Below, one piece after another: positions 63,841 to 64,000 of a DNA stretch of 64,000 nucleotides (position 1 is the first letter of the stretch; every line of letters starts with the position of its first letter). Both the position numbers and the translations under genes were made by a program. A model generated the notes under the pieces. It saw only the letters and a list, made by a program, of their open reading frames with translations, searched no databases and was not told where the DNA came from. Location of the stretch: the NCBI GenBank assembly GCA_965113315.1, contig OZ220368.1; one strand, given 5' to 3'. Source of the stretch: Podarcis vaucheri (taxonomy: Eukaryota).

Positions 63841-64000
63841 GTAGACGTGTTACCCATAACACTGTTTCGTGTTCGGTGCACACCCACAAAAAGACTTAAG
63901 TTGTCACCTTTTGAGCTCCTGTATGGGAGGCTGCCCTCCTTTGTTCAGGATATTCCAACTGACCTCAAACAAATAGGAGACCATGCGACACAGGGACAAG
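63841..64000 (+). pseudogene. pol: ERV pol integrase C-terminal segment, running off the window
   Basis: Translation from 63841 gives VDVLPITLFRVRCTPTKRLKLSPFELLYGRLPSFVQDIPTDLKQIGD, matching the retroviral IN motif LPxxLxRxRxTP...LSPFELLYGR. Confidence 0.88.

Overview
Vertebrate (squamate) genomic DNA, probably from a lacertid lizard, judged by Sauria SINEs, a tRNA-Lys/CR1-tail SINE and young CR1 LINEs. It holds the conserved gene block DDR2 (+, last 10 coding exons, 2631-20788), HSD17B7 (+, complete 9-exon CDS, 31075-50743, 334 aa, CpG-island promoter with SRE/NF-Y/Sp1 sites) and CCDC190/C1orf110 (-, 3 coding exons, 56555-53725, about 290 aa). The window ends in the 5' part of a gamma-like endogenous retrovirus: 5' LTR, tRNA-His PBS, and a frameshifted gag fused directly to an integrase C-terminal segment. 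Exon boundaries were read by hand from AG/GT sites and checked for phase. Introns are full of CR1, L1 and L2 fragments, SINEs, and Tc1/mariner, PIF/Harbinger and hAT MITEs. The most notable signals missed by the ORF track are four. (1) An intact minimal type I hammerhead ribozyme sits in a 130-bp Penelope-like insertion with an 11-bp TSD, on the sense strand of the last HSD17B7 intron, and three decayed hammerheads lie elsewhere. (2) A DDR2 intron has an inverted repeat with about 240-bp arms that encloses one of those hammerhead cores. (3) The ERV has a gag-CA-to-integrase junction. (4) A MITE appears to have captured an L1 fragment through a fold-back junction. No prokaryotic features or CRISPR arrays were seen. 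I cannot claim a wholly new biological system: these signals belong to known classes, but the instances here are testable.
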